Of a stretch of 64,000 bases of DNA, positions 1 through 12,967 are shown piece after piece; position 1 is the first letter of the stretch, and the number at the start of each line of letters is the position of its first letter. Source of the stretch: Podarcis liolepis (lineage: Eukaryota); the NCBI GenBank assembly GCA_965112155.1, contig OZ218104.1. One strand, given 5' to 3'. The position numbers and the translations under genes were made by a program. The notes beneath the pieces are model-generated. The model had not been told where the DNA came from. It saw nothing but the letters and a program-made list of their open reading frames with translations, and did not search any database.

Positions 1-526
1 ATAAAAGAATGAAAGGAGTTGGAAGAAGTCAGTCGGTGAAGGGCAGTTTTTGCTTCCCTCCATCCCCACTGTCATTTGCATATCAGATGTAGGCACTAGA
101 GCCAAAGGTTTCTCACCCCTGGGCCAGAGCACGTTTGACAAAGGTTAACCAAGTCCCTCAGAGACTTGGCACTAGCTGCATTGGCAGGATACTGGTGTGT
201 GCAACCAATGCAGTAGGATTTAATTCCCCCCACTCATGAGCTGATGATTGGGGGTGTTAAATGCTGCTGCATTAAGCAGAAAACCCCTTTCTGATCACAA
301 AGGTGATTGACAGGTGGCCAGCCACCTGTGAAATTCAGCCTGTCACACCAATCCTGATAAGGATCTGACTCATGGAGCTAGATAGGTTCCTCACCTCTGC
401 TTTAAAATGTTTTAAAATAGGTATGCGTGTCAAGAAGCCCTGACCTGATCAGTGCAGTGTGTGAAATGGCCCTGAGTCACCCCCCCCCCAAAGAGCAAGA
501 GCAAGACAACCCAAAGCTAGGTAATA

Positions 527-757
527 CAGTGGTACCTCAGGTTAAGTACTTACCGTAATTCGTTCCGGAGGTCCGTACTTAACCTGAAACTGTTCTTAAC
601 CTGAAGCACCACTTTAGCTAATGGGGCCTCCTGCTGCTGCCATGCCGCTGGAGCACAATTTCTGTTCTCACCCTGAAGCAAAGTTCTTAACCTGAAGCAC
701 TATTTCTGGGTTAGCAGAGTCTGTAACCTGAAGTGTATGTAACTCAAGGTACCACTG
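527..757. mobile_element. Tc1/mariner-type MITE (family 1)
   Basis: TIR CAGTGGTACCTC..GTTA, TA target duplication; three copies in the window. Confidence 0.85.
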
Positions 758-2267
758 TAATGGCAAACAGAGTACTGTACTGTAGTTCCTTAAGGGCTTA
801 TTCACAACTACCTTTTACCCCGCTCTTTCCAGGCAGAAGTCTGTGCTTCAATACTCCATGTCTGCGCATTTGTTTGGGGTTTGGGGTTGTTGTTGTTTTT
901 TTTGCCCTGACCTTTCCCTGCAAAAACCTGCTCATTAGTGTTCAGTTAAAGCAAACATCAATTCGGATTTTCCACAGATTCCTGTTTTCTCCGACTGAGC
1001 TTTAAAGAGTGGGCTTTTGTGAGGAAAGCTCTGGAGAAAAAGGGGCAATTGGACACACAGTTTTATATTGCAGACTGTGCTGGAAAAAGCGGAGGAAAGG
1101 TAAGTGTGGCTAAGCTCTAACCGTTTTGACACTTTTTACCAAAGTTGTTTGGGCTTGTGTTATTTTATATGGGACCCAATACAATCTTGTAACGCAACCT
1201 CCCTTCCCCACATTCTAGAGCCCTCCCACCTTGTTCCCAAAGCTGAGAAAGTATGAACTAGGCTTTGAGAAGAATACGGGAGGACTCTAGAACCCTGCAA
1301 GAGCCCTCATGCCTCCTTCTTTCCCAAAGTCCAGTGTCCACAATTACTGGGCTTTGAGAGGACACCCCTTCAGCTCAGTGCCCAGTGCATGCCCACCACT
1401 CACACTGCCCTAAATCTGCCCCTGACCCCACCCAGGCAAGCCTGTCTCAGCAAACAGCTACATGTGGGATTTGCTGAGGATCTACAAGTAAAGCCCAATG
1501 TTTATACACCTGAATATCCTGACTGTGTCTCAATTTCATTTTTCTTTGATTTTTAAGTTGGGCTTTTTTCATTATTCCAAACCTGCCCTGCTCCCTCAAT
1601 TGAAATTTGGGCACAGACAGATAGAAGAGATGCGTTATTATTATTGTTGTTGTTATTAGTATTCGTTATTTTTCAGTGTTACATTTACACACATCCCAAC
1701 CTTTCACCAAGGGGTTCAAGGTGGGCTCAAGGTGGCATTTGTGGGCCTCCTTTTCCCTAGGTTATTCACACAACAACTTTGTGGGGTGGGTTAAGCTGAG
1801 TTTTGACTAATATATACATTTTTGTATGTTACCTTCACAATATATGCACTGTTATGTGTATATGTATGTAGGTGTATATGCATTTTTGTAAACTGCTTTG
1901 AAGAACAGCATCACAAAATACATATAAGTGCAAATGTTGAAGGATGGCTGTGTTTCCATTCTCACATTGTTTCATAAGGTTTTAGATAGATTTGGCTTTA
2001 AATGTGAAATGAATTTAATTTCTGCATCATCCCTACTATGTAAATAAGCAGGCAGTTAGGTTGAGTGGGGTGGTCATCTCAGGCAATTGATTTGGGGTGT
2101 CATGAAAGGGCAGCAGATTGTTAGTTATGTAATTTATTTTTATTGCTATTGTTCTTCCAGGCAGGAGGAGAGGTCAGATTTTCTGTTTCTGGTGCCAAAA
2201 ATAACTTGACCCAGTTCAGGGACTGTTCACCTGGCTGCTCCATTTCAGGCAGCAAAATATCTTGGGC

Positions 2268-5200
2268 TCACCAAGGAAGGGTGTTTCCCTCCCAGTTCAC
2301 AAAAGTGCCATTGTCTTTCTCAGAGAGACGGGAAAGGGTCTTCAGGATTGCTTGCACACTCTCATCCAATGTCAGTGGGGCTTGTCCCTGGGGAAAAAAA
2401 GAACAGACTAGAGTGACACAAGGACTTGTGAGTATATTTTTAAAAAAGAGTGACAAACAGCACGGGTATCATCATCACAAAGTCTGGCACCAAAGTCTCC
2501 TAGGGGACAGGTAGAATTCTTGTTCCATTTTCTTTGTCCCACTAGCAGCTGATTTTCTTTCCCCAGGGAGCCAAATTCATGGGAGGTATGTTTATGATTG
2601 GAAGTGAGAGCTGGACCGTAAAGAAGGCTGATTGCCGAAGAATTGATGCTTTTGAATTATGGTGCTGGAGGAGACTCTTGAGAGTCCCATGGACTGCAAG
2701 AAGATCAAACCTATCCATTCTGAAGGAAATCAGCCCTGTGCTCACTGGAAGGACAGATCCTGAAGCTGAGGCTCCAATACTTTGGCCACCTCGTGAGAAA
2801 AGAAGACTCCCTGGAAAAGACCCTGATGCTGGGAAAGTTTGAGGGCACAAGGAGAAGGGGACGACAGAGGACAAGATGGTTGGACAGTGTTCTCGAGGCT
2901 ACCAGCATGAGTTTGACCAAGCTGCGGGAGACGGTGGAGGACAGGGGTGCCTGGCATACTCTGGTCCATGGGGTCACGAAGAGTTGGACACGACTAAACA
3001 ACTAAACAACAACAACAACATGTCTATGATTACGCATGTGACAATGTCCAGAGGCAATTTAACCTGAATGCCAGTTGCTTGCAGGGAGGGGAACAGAAAG
3101 AGAAGGCTATTGCCCCTCATGTCTTCCCTGCTGATTTTCTGGAGGCATCTATAAAGCAGAATGTAGTGTAACATAGTTATTCAGTGGCAAAGGATGTTTT
3201 GATAGCCTCTAGTTTTTATGGACAAGGCTTATCCATCTAGCAATAGCTATCAGCCGCAACAGCTAAGAGAATAAACTCCTTGCCCAGGGAGCAACATCTG
3301 CAGATAATGGTAGAGCACTGCAAACCTTAAGTTATCTGGAGTATCCTTCTACGATGCTTGGGTATCCAGCCAGAATTCAGCAGAGACCTGGAGTTTGAAT
3401 TTAAGCACACCTAATAACATATTGGATTGTAGCCAGTGTGTAGCCACTCTATTTTCTTCCTGGAGTAGACCACTGGTCCAATGGCTTTCTTCAACTTTTT
3501 TTTTTAAAAAAATATTCTTTTGAAGCACCAGAGGGAGGGGGGTTATTGCCATTCATGTCTTCCTTGCTGATTTTGAAACTAATTATACACCTTGATTCTT
3601 ACTTCAATGTAAGGCCAAATAAGTTAAATACAGTATATATGCATAGAGTTCAGATTCCTCCACAAATCACTTACCACTGAACTTCCCATATCTGTCTGCA
3701 CAAACCCAGGATGCAACGCAATGCACAAGATTTCATCTTTGTCAAAGCCCAGGGACTGGCACCGTGTAAGCATGTTCAGAGCAGCCTAGGAAAGAGACAT
3801 ATCAGAAGCAAGGGGCTGAAAGATGCAGCTAAGGATTGGTGAGAATTTTGCCCCCATTCTCCATTTTAATGTGAACCTATCTGATTTCCTGAACCAATAT
3901 TTAAACCGAAATGCAGCAATCCTTTGACATTTGTGATTCTCTGAATTTTGTGATGCAGTTGTCCAATTAAAGCCTGAGTACCATAAAGCATATATTAGGG
4001 AGAATGCATACAATAATGCTTTTGGTGGTGAAAATAATGTATAAAAGTGTGTTATATTAGGTGGGATTGCTTGGGAAGTCGTACACAAAAATGCATATTA
4101 AAAAACACAAAGCTTTTAATGTTTAACAGACCACTGTTGGAAGCCACCCAGAGTGGCTAGGGAGACCCAGCCAGATGGGCGGGGTATAAATAAATAATTA
4201 TAATAATTATTATTATTAAATGGGGGAAACTGAAAAAAGATGAAAGAATGAGAAAAGCTGACATGGAAAGATTCGTCCATTCCTAGAATGCAACCAAGTG
4301 CCACAGGATGGTATGAGTTTAAAAAGGAGGCTTCTGTATTAGTGAGATATGTTTTAATGCTCTCACTATTAACAGGTTGTTTTTATTTTTTGTTTAAATC
4401 TTAACATTGATATTGTATTTTCTAATTTTGTTGTTTTGTTTTTGGAAACTATATTGTTTTCTTTGAATGAATGAATGAATGAATGAATGACATAAGCTTT
4501 GCAGTAAAGATTATATGCTGTAATTTCTATTGGCAGAAATCAGTAATAAGTTGGCTCATTCTTTCTGACTGAATTCCAAGTGAGTTCCTGTTTTGTTTTG
4601 TTTTGTTTTGTTTTGTTTTGTTTTGTTTTGAACGCCATTTACAACCATGGATGGTTTCTAATAGCGTGGATCTTGGTTTGCTGTTCTTATTGATAATGCT
4701 GCAGGAACCTAGGGAAGCCTTTTTGCTGCCATCTACTGGCTAATGTATTTTAATGCACTTTCTTTTTTACATTTTTGTGGAGCAAGGAATGAACACCAGC
4801 TAATAGTTTGACTCTTTGGGTTAATTGTGAGTGAAGCCGAATACATTCATTGCCACCTCTAGACAATGAGGGGATGTAGGAAGATTTTCATGTTGAGAGT
4901 ACCATAGTCTTCCTGTTTCTGCCATTGTTGCTTAATTTAAATAAATAATTTTGTTTGATCACATCTCAGGTGCTCACGTGAGCGGGGGCAGTTGTCAGAC
5001 ATCTATTCTAGGGTCCCAGGTCCTCCGTAGTGGGGGCTGGATCCCTCCTATGGCCAGATATTTACTTACCAAGATAGGCAAGGGTCAGGGAGGCATATTG
5101 TGGACTGTATTATTTTAAGACTATTGTCAACACCATCAGGTGAAATTAACAGAAAAATCAATTTGTAGCTTCTAACTTGCAGTACTTCTGTGTCCACACC

Positions 5201-8054
5201 TTGCTGCAACGGTAATTGACAGCGTGTGCCAAATGCCACATGTAGACAGTTGTGATGGAGCCACCTTCACTGGACATGTTGACAATGGCAGCTTTGCTGC
5301 AGCTCATCCCATTCTGGGGGCTTTCCTGAGATGCCTTCCTCAGCAAGGGCAGGAATGCCTGGAGAAGGAGAGAAAAGAATTGCACACAGTTGCATTCTTC
5401 ATGTAGAGACTGGGCATCTTGTCACCAGTTCAAAGTTCAGCGTGTGAGTGAAACTGTGAGCTCAGCAGTTACTTGCTGGTGGTATACCAGAGTTCTCTCA
5501 TGGTTCATCCAGAAGGGAGCTGCAACAAGTACAACCTTCTCCTATGATCTCCACAATCCAAAGGATGCACTTTTAATGTCAGTTTCTCATGAAGCTGTTA
5601 AAGTTCTGTTCTGCATCCTTTCTCTATGAAAACAGTACAGTTTCAAAACATTAGGGGCCCTGCAACCTGGCCAGAAGGTTCTGTGAAGAAGGTACAATAG
5701 GATGGCCTTACCTGGCTCATCATCATGGGGCCAATCACATTGGTTTTGTACACCTCAGACATGTTCTCTGGTGTCTCTGTCTCAAGAGAGCTTAGCTTTA
5801 AAATCCCAGCATTGTTAATCAGAAGATTCAGCCCAGATCCTTTCAGCCGCTTGGTGACTTTAGTTGCTGCAGCCTTGATACTGGATGGGTCACAAGTATC
5901 TACAGCAGCAAAGAATAAATCCCATTTTTTAGGTAAGACCCTTCTCTTTTTGTCACAGATCAACAGAAGCCTTTTTGTTTTGATAATATTTAGAAGGATC
6001 TTCTCTATAATACTTATGTACATCTCATATTTGGTTCTTGAGAATTAAACGAAGTCCATCTATAACTTTTCCTATAGTCTCCTCATTGGCCAGAGTCCTG
6101 TAGATGTTTTGGTATGATATCAGTCAGTGATTTGCATATTATTATTATTATTCTCCATCTATCTGGTTGGGTTTCCTCAGCCACTCTGGGCGGCTTACAG
6201 CATATATTGAAACATAATAAAACATTAAACATTAAAAACTTCCTGATACAGGGCTGCCTTCAGAGGTCTTCTAAAAGTTATGTAATTCTTTATCTCCTTG
6301 ACATCTTAAGAGAGTGTGTTCCACAGGGAGGACGCCACTACTGAGAAGGCCCTCTGCCTGGTTCCATGTAACTTCGCTTCTCACAATGAGGGAACCAGCA
6401 GAAGACCCTTGGAGAAGGACCTCAGAAACTATTTTCAAATCTATCACTAATCAATCTAACTTGTATCTAAGTTACTTTACTTGGATGTAAGCTCCATTGA
6501 ACTCAGTGAAACTTCCTTATGCGTAATTTATCACTTACACTACTCCAAATGACCTGCAATGTTCTTTGCCTGTACCAATGCATGAATTTAGACCACAAAA
6601 TTATGATTTACAAAAATTGTGTTCCTCTGTTGATCTTGTTCAGCTATTAAAGCTTGATAAGTGGTTCTGTAATATGACCGAGTACTTGGATTTATTTGTT
6701 ATATTCTTTTTCTTTTATAATTCAATAAAACCTTAAACAAATCTAACAAAACAACAAAAATAGGGAATGCACTTTTTATTTGCTAAAAAGTAATATTTTG
6801 AAATGACCTTGAATATCAACTGTTGTTCATATCACTGTGGGAAAAGTGAATTTGAGGAGGGGGTGACAAACACATACCTAGTGGGATGATTTCCACTCCC
6901 TGGTGCTTGGCAGCCAAATTCTTCAAGTCCTGAAAGATACAGGGAGTACAGACTTAGGATGGAACAGCAAGTCCTGAAGTCTGAACTATTTGAAATGGGA
7001 TAGGAATGGAAAAGATCAAGACCCATCTGGTTTTGGTTTTCAGCATGGAGAGCATTTGCAAAAGTGTCCTGCAGAAAGTATGTCAGCTTAAACTTGTGCT
7101 TTATAAAGAGATCTACTCTGAGTGGCAAGTCCTTGGGTGGGTTTAAGATCACACAAGGTATATGGAAGATGGAGCAATCTTGTTTTCTTCTGCTCCAGAG
7201 GGTAGGACCCAAACCAATGGATTCAAGTTACAAGAAATGAGATTCCAACTAAACATCACGAAGACCTTTCTGATGGTGAGAGCTGTTCTACAGTGGAATG
7301 GACTCCTTCAGAAGGTAGTGGATTTTTCTTCATTTGTGGTTTTTAAGCAGAGGTTGGATAGCCATCTGTCAGCATGTTTTAGTTGAGATTCCTGCACTGG
7401 AGGGGGTTGAACTAGAGGACCCTTGTGGTTGCTTCCAGTTGTACAATTATATGATTTATACAAGAAAATGCTGAGATGAAACTTCTTTAAACCTCGCACC
7501 CACCCATTCATAATTTACGAAGATGAAATATTGCAGTTCTAAGCAATTTGACACAGAAAATGAAGTTAACGTGTTTGACTATTTAGTGATATTCATCATA
7601 TGGTATGTATTTCGGAATGTTTAATCTGAGTTATTTTTGTAATTTCCAACACTCATTGAGACAATTCTGTTAAATGCTCTTCAAATCACTGGGTGAAAGG
7701 AACCAACAATTTTCCTTCCAACTCCTCTCTTAATTCTGCAAAGAAAAGGGTGTGTGTGTAAAAAGGGGTTACTAATCTGTGCTTAAGGTACCATCCTCAC
7801 TCTAAGAATGGAAAATATAAAAAGCCTTGCCCTTGGCACTATCTTCTGGACATCATGGGGAATCCCCTTGTTTCTATGCTCATCCCAATGCACAGCCTGG
7901 GGCTCACCTGGGCAAGTGGTCCATCTGGATTCCGGCAGGTGGCAAAGATCTGTTCTGGACAGTTGTTTTTCTGCACCAGCTGCCTAACCAGCTCCAAGCC
8001 AATACCCCGATTGGACCCAGTCACCAGGACTCTGCGTGCATTCAGCGCAGCCAT
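2268..8054 (-). CDS. C-factor/CsgA-like (sniffer-like) classical SDR oxidoreductase, paralog A, 6 coding exons, 258 aa, intact
   Basis: Exons (minus): 7908-8054 (MAALNARRVLVTGSNRGIGLELVRQLVQKNNCPEQIFATCRNPDGPLAQ), 6878-6929 (DLKNLAAKHQGVEIIPL), 5712-5899 (DTCDPSS...LLINNAGIL...TNVIGPMMMSQ), 5200-5358 (AFLPLLRKA...AAIVNMSS...NYRCSK), 3675-3785 (AALNMLTRCQSL...LHPGFVQTDMGSSV), 2268-2387 (GQAPLTLDESV...GTFVNWEGNTLPW*). All introns are GT-AG and the frame is preserved. SDR motifs TGxxRGIG, NNAG, Ser, YxxxK and HPG.v.TDM are present. Confidence 0.93.
2600..3019 (+). mobile_element. BovB (RTE) LINE 3' fragment, 5'-truncated
   Basis: Encodes ESWTVKKADCRRIDAFELWCWRRLLRVPWTARRSN and LEKTLMLGK.EG.RRRGRQR.RWLD; (CAA)n tail; 12-bp TSD atgt(t/c)tatgatt at 2588-2599 and 3020-3031. 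Confidence 0.9.
4135..4220 (+). mobile_element. L2-type 3' end
   Basis: gccacccagagtggct...gatgggcggggtataaat plus an (ATT)n tail; similar copies at 6139-6425, 25003-25233 and 63420-63560. Confidence 0.65.
4590..4630. repeat. (GTTTT)n microsatellite
   Basis: Direct reading. Confidence 0.95.
6139..6425 (-). mobile_element. L2-type LINE 3' fragment
   Basis: Reverse complement of the L2-type tail plus the gggctgccttcaga..tcttctaaaag block shared with 25003-25233. Confidence 0.65.
7163..7457 (+). mobile_element. CR1 LINE 3' end
   Basis: Encodes GRTQTNGFKLQE.RF.LNI.K.FL.VRAV.QWNGL...VFKQRLD.HL, with a CR1-type tail. Confidence 0.8.
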
Positions 8055-8465
8055 CTCTCTTCCCAGCCTACGCTGAACAGAGTAATCCCTTTGTCAGCCC
8101 AACCGCAGCACCAAATGTAGCTCTCAACTTATCTAGCAAGGCTTACATAAGCTGCTTGTTCTTCTCTCAGCTCGTGTTCTGCATTTGGCAACAGCCCAGT
8201 AACTTGCCAAGTTCCCACCTGGCAGACTGGTTTTTATTGAGTCTCACAGTAATAGAAGGAAACGGGATAAATGGGGGAGGGAAGTTGGCAGACTGAATTT
8301 AGAAGTTCTCATCTTTCTGTGTCTGACTAAGAAAGCTCAGTGGCACCCAAGGATGGATATTTTAAGCACTCAAGTCCTCCCCCAAAAGGTTACATAAAGT
8401 GCTTGCCCCCTGACTCTGCTCAGATCCCATGTCTGAAAAACTGGCAACAGACCAGGTACAAAAAG

Positions 8466-9040
8466 ACAAGAGTGCAGTCAGACATGCACTCTGGACTTTA
8501 AGAAGGCTGATTTCAAAAAGCTTAAGTGAGATCCCACGGTCAGAAATACTCAGAGAGGAGGGAATCCCAGATGGATGGGTGAAATATTGCAGACAAGAAG
8601 AAAGAAAAGTGGGAGGCATCTAAAGAAACCAATGTGGCTGCATACAGAGCTTGCAGATAAGCTAAGATTTAAGAAGGGCTTGTTTAAGAAATGGAAGAAA
8701 GCAGAAATCATGAAGGAGGAGTATACACGATTAGCCAACAGTTGCAGGGTAAATGTCAGGCAGGCCAAAGCTCATAATGATCCCAGGCTTGCAAGATAGG
8801 TTAAAATTAATTTTTAAAAAGAGGTTTCTTCAGCTATGTTTGAAGCAAGAAGAAGAACAAGCAAGTAGTATGTCCTCTGCATGGAGAAGATGGAGAAATG
8901 CTTTGGATGACAGAGAGAAGGCGGAACTGCTCAACACCTACTTTGCCTCTGTCTTCACTCAAAAGGAAAGCAGTGCCTAACCTGCTGATTACAGACTAAA
9001 CAATGCAAGGAAGGATCTGCAACCCAACAGATGAAAAGAG
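8466..9040 (+). mobile_element. CR1 LINE ORF2 internal fragment, degraded
   Basis: KKPMWL and KAELLNTYFASVFTQKES motifs in shifted frames. Confidence 0.75.
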
Positions 9041-10196
9041 GTGGCTCCTCTTGTTGTGCCCAGCTAACCCTTTTAGAATAGGCAACTTATCATAAAGCAG
9101 TTCCTGGAGTTCTCTTTAACCATCACATCCAAGGTGCTTTAAAATGTACAGTATGAGACAGGATATTGAATAATTATGATGGAAATGGGAGTGGAAATTG
9201 GCCAATATTTGCTTATTTGTCTCATGTCTGGAAAGGAAATCATTTCCGCAAATCTGAGCTGTATTCACTGTAGTTTTCACTTCACAAACAATACACAGGG
9301 GATGACACTTTTTCTCCATTTGCATTGCATTTCCTTTGCATTGAAATAAATGGTAATGAGGACACACTTCCCTAAATTCCACCACAGCCAACTGTGACAT
9401 GAATATTGTAGTTTTTGTCATTTTTTGCTGAGAGAAGATTCCATTACTTGGCCAGATTTGAAGGAAAATCCACCCCTCTGTATGCAGGCCTTTTTGTATA
9501 TAACCCTGTCTCTGACATGGGTCTAATGGCCCTGCTCAGATGAAGAATCATGCATTGCAAGAACCACGTGTGCCTGGAAACAGCTTGCTTGTGGAGTCTG
9601 TGATTCTGATTGTAAGTATTAGGATGAGGCAAGCTACCTTTCTTACTTTGTTTTGTACTTGGCTTTCCAAATATATATTTATATTGGACATTCTTAACTG
9701 TATTTTATTGCTAAAGAGTTCTTATTCTATGTTTGTAACCTCCTTAATAAAGTGTTCCATTTATTCCTTGTGTGACTTCTTGATGTAAGCTCTGAATCTG
9801 GTACCTTGGCTTCTAGGTTGCACACTACTGACTCCTTTGTGGCTTGGGGCTCAAAAGACAGTGAGTGAACTGTTTCGCTCTTGTCTTTCTTGTCTTGTCT
9901 TGTCCTGTCCAGAACAACCTAAGTTCCCCCCGGCTTAGGACTGGGGAACTACAAAGGTGGTGGCAGTACAGCTGGACAGGGTTGGTTTTCCCCAGTCTAC
10001 TGCTCACACCTGCAGCTTGGGATAAGCAACAGAAATTATATACAGTACATGCTGGCAGTGATGAGAGAGATGAGGTAAATTCCATATTATTTACATTGTG
10101 ACAGCATGGAATAACACACTTTTCATGCTGCCGATATGAGATATAATGAACAACCTTTAAAAGACAGCCTTAAAATATGTATTGAATAAAGAAATA

Positions 10197-11606
10197 CCGT
10201 AATTTTCGCTCCAAAACACACACTTTTTTGCTCCTAGAAAGCAAGGGCAGTGGCGTAGCGTGGGTTGTCAGCACCCGGGGCAAGGCAAGTAATTTGCGCC
10301 CCCTAACCCGTGGATTTGCGCCCCCTAACCCGTGGATTTGCACCCCCTAACCCTAACCCTCAGGTGTTGCGCCCGGTGCAGCCGGCCCCCCCTGCACCCC
10401 CCACACTACGCCACTGAGCAAGGGAAAATGCCTGTGCGTGTTATGGAGCGAATGCACGGATCGGAGCCATGGCTGCCGTCAGTCAAGCAAAGCAGGAGCC
10501 GCTTACACGCTCTACGAGGCTCTCACTTTGCTTGCTTTAAAGCGACCTGGAGCCGGGAAGGAGGGAGGGAAGGAGAGCCATGGCAGCAGCAGCCGCTTAC
10601 TTACACGGGAGGAGGGACAGACGCTAGCAAAAGTCCGCGTGCTCTCTAAACAGAGCAATGAGGCTGCAGAGGGACGGCAGGAAAGATAAAATTTAAGCAA
10701 CCAGCAGCAAATTAAAACCAACCTCGAGCTCTGAGCCAGCGCAGTGAAAACCAGGAAGTAAAAAAAAAGGCTGGGGAGGGCATGAGGGAGAGGGGAGAAC
10801 TTCGCAAATCCCCTGCGTCTCAGCTGATCCAGGACGGAGCAGCTTGTTTTCAGGCAGGATAGATTTGAGCATTGTCTGGGTCCTAGTGCCCCTACCGCTT
10901 TTTTGTGCTCCATTCTATTGCTGCTGGTGGCTGCTTATCATTCAGGCTGCAAGGAGGAGCGCTTTTACACAGCTAATGGCGAATCCCCTGCAATCCAAGT
11001 CGTCCTCACTTGCTCAAATCTATTCTGCCTCAAAACAAGGAGCGGAAGGAAAAGGCTGCAAACTGTTAAATGGAAAAAAAAACCCAGGGACAGGGCAAAT
11101 ACCTTAAGTATACCTTTAAAGCAACAGTGCTCTTTTCCTCCCTCCTCCCTGCTCAGCTCTCCGAAAAGCTCCTTCTCCACACACACCCCACGCGTGCTCC
11201 TTGTCCCTTGAGTTCTTTTCCTTCCCTCCCCACTTAAAACGTGGTTACAAAGCACGGATCCACATGGATCCTCAGGATTTTTGCACTGGGTCACCCCAAA
11301 TTCACCATCAGATCACATAGCATTTCCATGGCTACAGCCTGCACCAAAAACACACACGCACCCACTGTTTCATGGAGCCGCAATGGCCCAAAAACGTGGT
11401 TACAAAGCATGGATCCACATGGATCCTCAGGATTTTTGCATTGGGCTACCCCAAACTCACTGTCAGATCACATGTCTGTGGCCACAGCATGAACCATAAA
11501 AATCATACATCCACTGTTTCGTTTAGAATATTTTTTCCTTGTTTTCCTCCTCTAAAAACTATGTGCGTGTTACGGTCAGATGCGTGTTATAGAGCGAAAA
11601 ATACAG
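10197..11606. mobile_element. Tc2/pogo-like non-autonomous element (family 2) with a nested hAT MITE
   Basis: TIR CCGTA(A/T)TTTTCGCTC / GAGCGAAAAATACAG, TA flanks; internal duplicated unit of about 155 bp (11237, 11391) shared with 32716-33530. Confidence 0.8.
10248..10416. mobile_element. hAT MITE with telomere-like internal repeats, nested in the family-2 element
   Basis: TIR CAGTGGCGTAG / CTACGCCACTG; 8-bp TSD AGCAAGGG at 10240-10247 and 10417-10424. Confidence 0.85.
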
Positions 11607-12297
11607 TAATCTGCTGAGGGATACATCCAGGGCTGGACTTAACACTAGACATGATGAGGCAGCCACTTAAAGTGGCACATGCTGTGGGTGGGTTGATGGC
11701 AGCAGTCCTGCCATTCGCCCTGGGCCCACTAAACTACCTTGCCTACACCTGCTAAGCTAGGTTGTCCTCAAGTGTGTTGCTGGGTAGGGATGGGGAATAA
11801 ATGGTCTAATTCACAGTTCTTGCTCATTTGCCCTTCTCCAAATTATCCAACAAAATTGTTGTTGTTGGCATCTTTTTGTCTTGAGAGACAATCGAGCGCA
11901 CTTCCGGGGATGAAGTCAGCAGCGTCCAGGCCAGCAGTGGCTTTCAACCCCCCCTAACATGTGGGACAGAGTTGGGATTTTTAGGGGACCAAAGTTCTTG
12001 AGCTTTTTTAAGGAGATCAGTCAAAGTTGTTGAGGGACGGAAAGTGTCAGCTCCCCTGCCACCCTACATACCCTGCATGACACCCTGAGATCCCCCAACA
12101 CCTGCTGCACCCCGCCTCTGTCTCCCTTCACTACTGTCCAAGGGACCTCAGGGTGCAAACTTGGGCAGTGTGTATGGAGGTTCTGGGCTGCCCAGATGAC
12201 AAGATCCCCTCTCAGCCTCACTGATGGTGGTCCAAAGGAAGTCAGAGCAATAGATTTAACACCAGGTTGGCTGCAGGACTTTCTAGAAAAAGACATA

Positions 12298-12517
12298 CAG
12301 TGGTACCTCGGGTTAAGAACTTAATTCATTCTGGAAGTCCATTCTTAACCTGAAACTGTTCTTAACCTGAGGTACCACTTTAGCTAACGGGGTCTCCCGC
12401 TGCTGCTGCGCCACCACCCAATTTCTGTTCTCATCCTGAAGCAAAGTTCTTAACCCGAGGTACTATTTCTGGGTTAGCGGAGTCTGTAACCTGAAGCGTC
12501 TATAACCCAAGGTGCCA
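12298..12517. mobile_element. Tc1/mariner-type MITE (family 1), right TIR damaged
   Basis: Homologous to 527-757 and 20420-20645. Confidence 0.8.
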
Positions 12518-12967
12518 TCCAAACACTTTAGGGACTCCCCACTGAATTTGTGTAGAATTTACTCTTATTACAGCTAGACATTGGAAAAATCTCTCTGGGG
12601 GGAATGTAGACGACTGGTACAAAGTGTGTGGGATATCATTCTATTGGAAAAACTAATGAATAAATTATTATTGTTAACAGATCAGAAACAAAAGGATAAC
12701 TTCACAACAATTCAGCATGATGATGATAATAATTTTATTATTTATAACCTGCCCATGCAAGCATTCCAGATAATAACCAATCCCCAACAACAACTTGATA
12801 TAACTACAAAAGCAAAAGACATAATTGTTGCATTTTTACTTCTGGGGGAGACAGAGAGGAGCTTGTGGGTGTTTCTGCCTCTGGTGTCAAAATAATGTGA
12901 TCCGCTTTGGGGCTGTGCACCCTGAGGCACTTTGCTACTCCACATCAGGCAGCTAAATATATTGGGT

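Noticed and set aside
11237-11480. Repeated units with a palindromic ggatccacatggatcc core, superficially CRISPR-like
   Set aside because: Eukaryotic context, only two units, no unique spacers and no cas genes; this is an internal duplication of a MITE.
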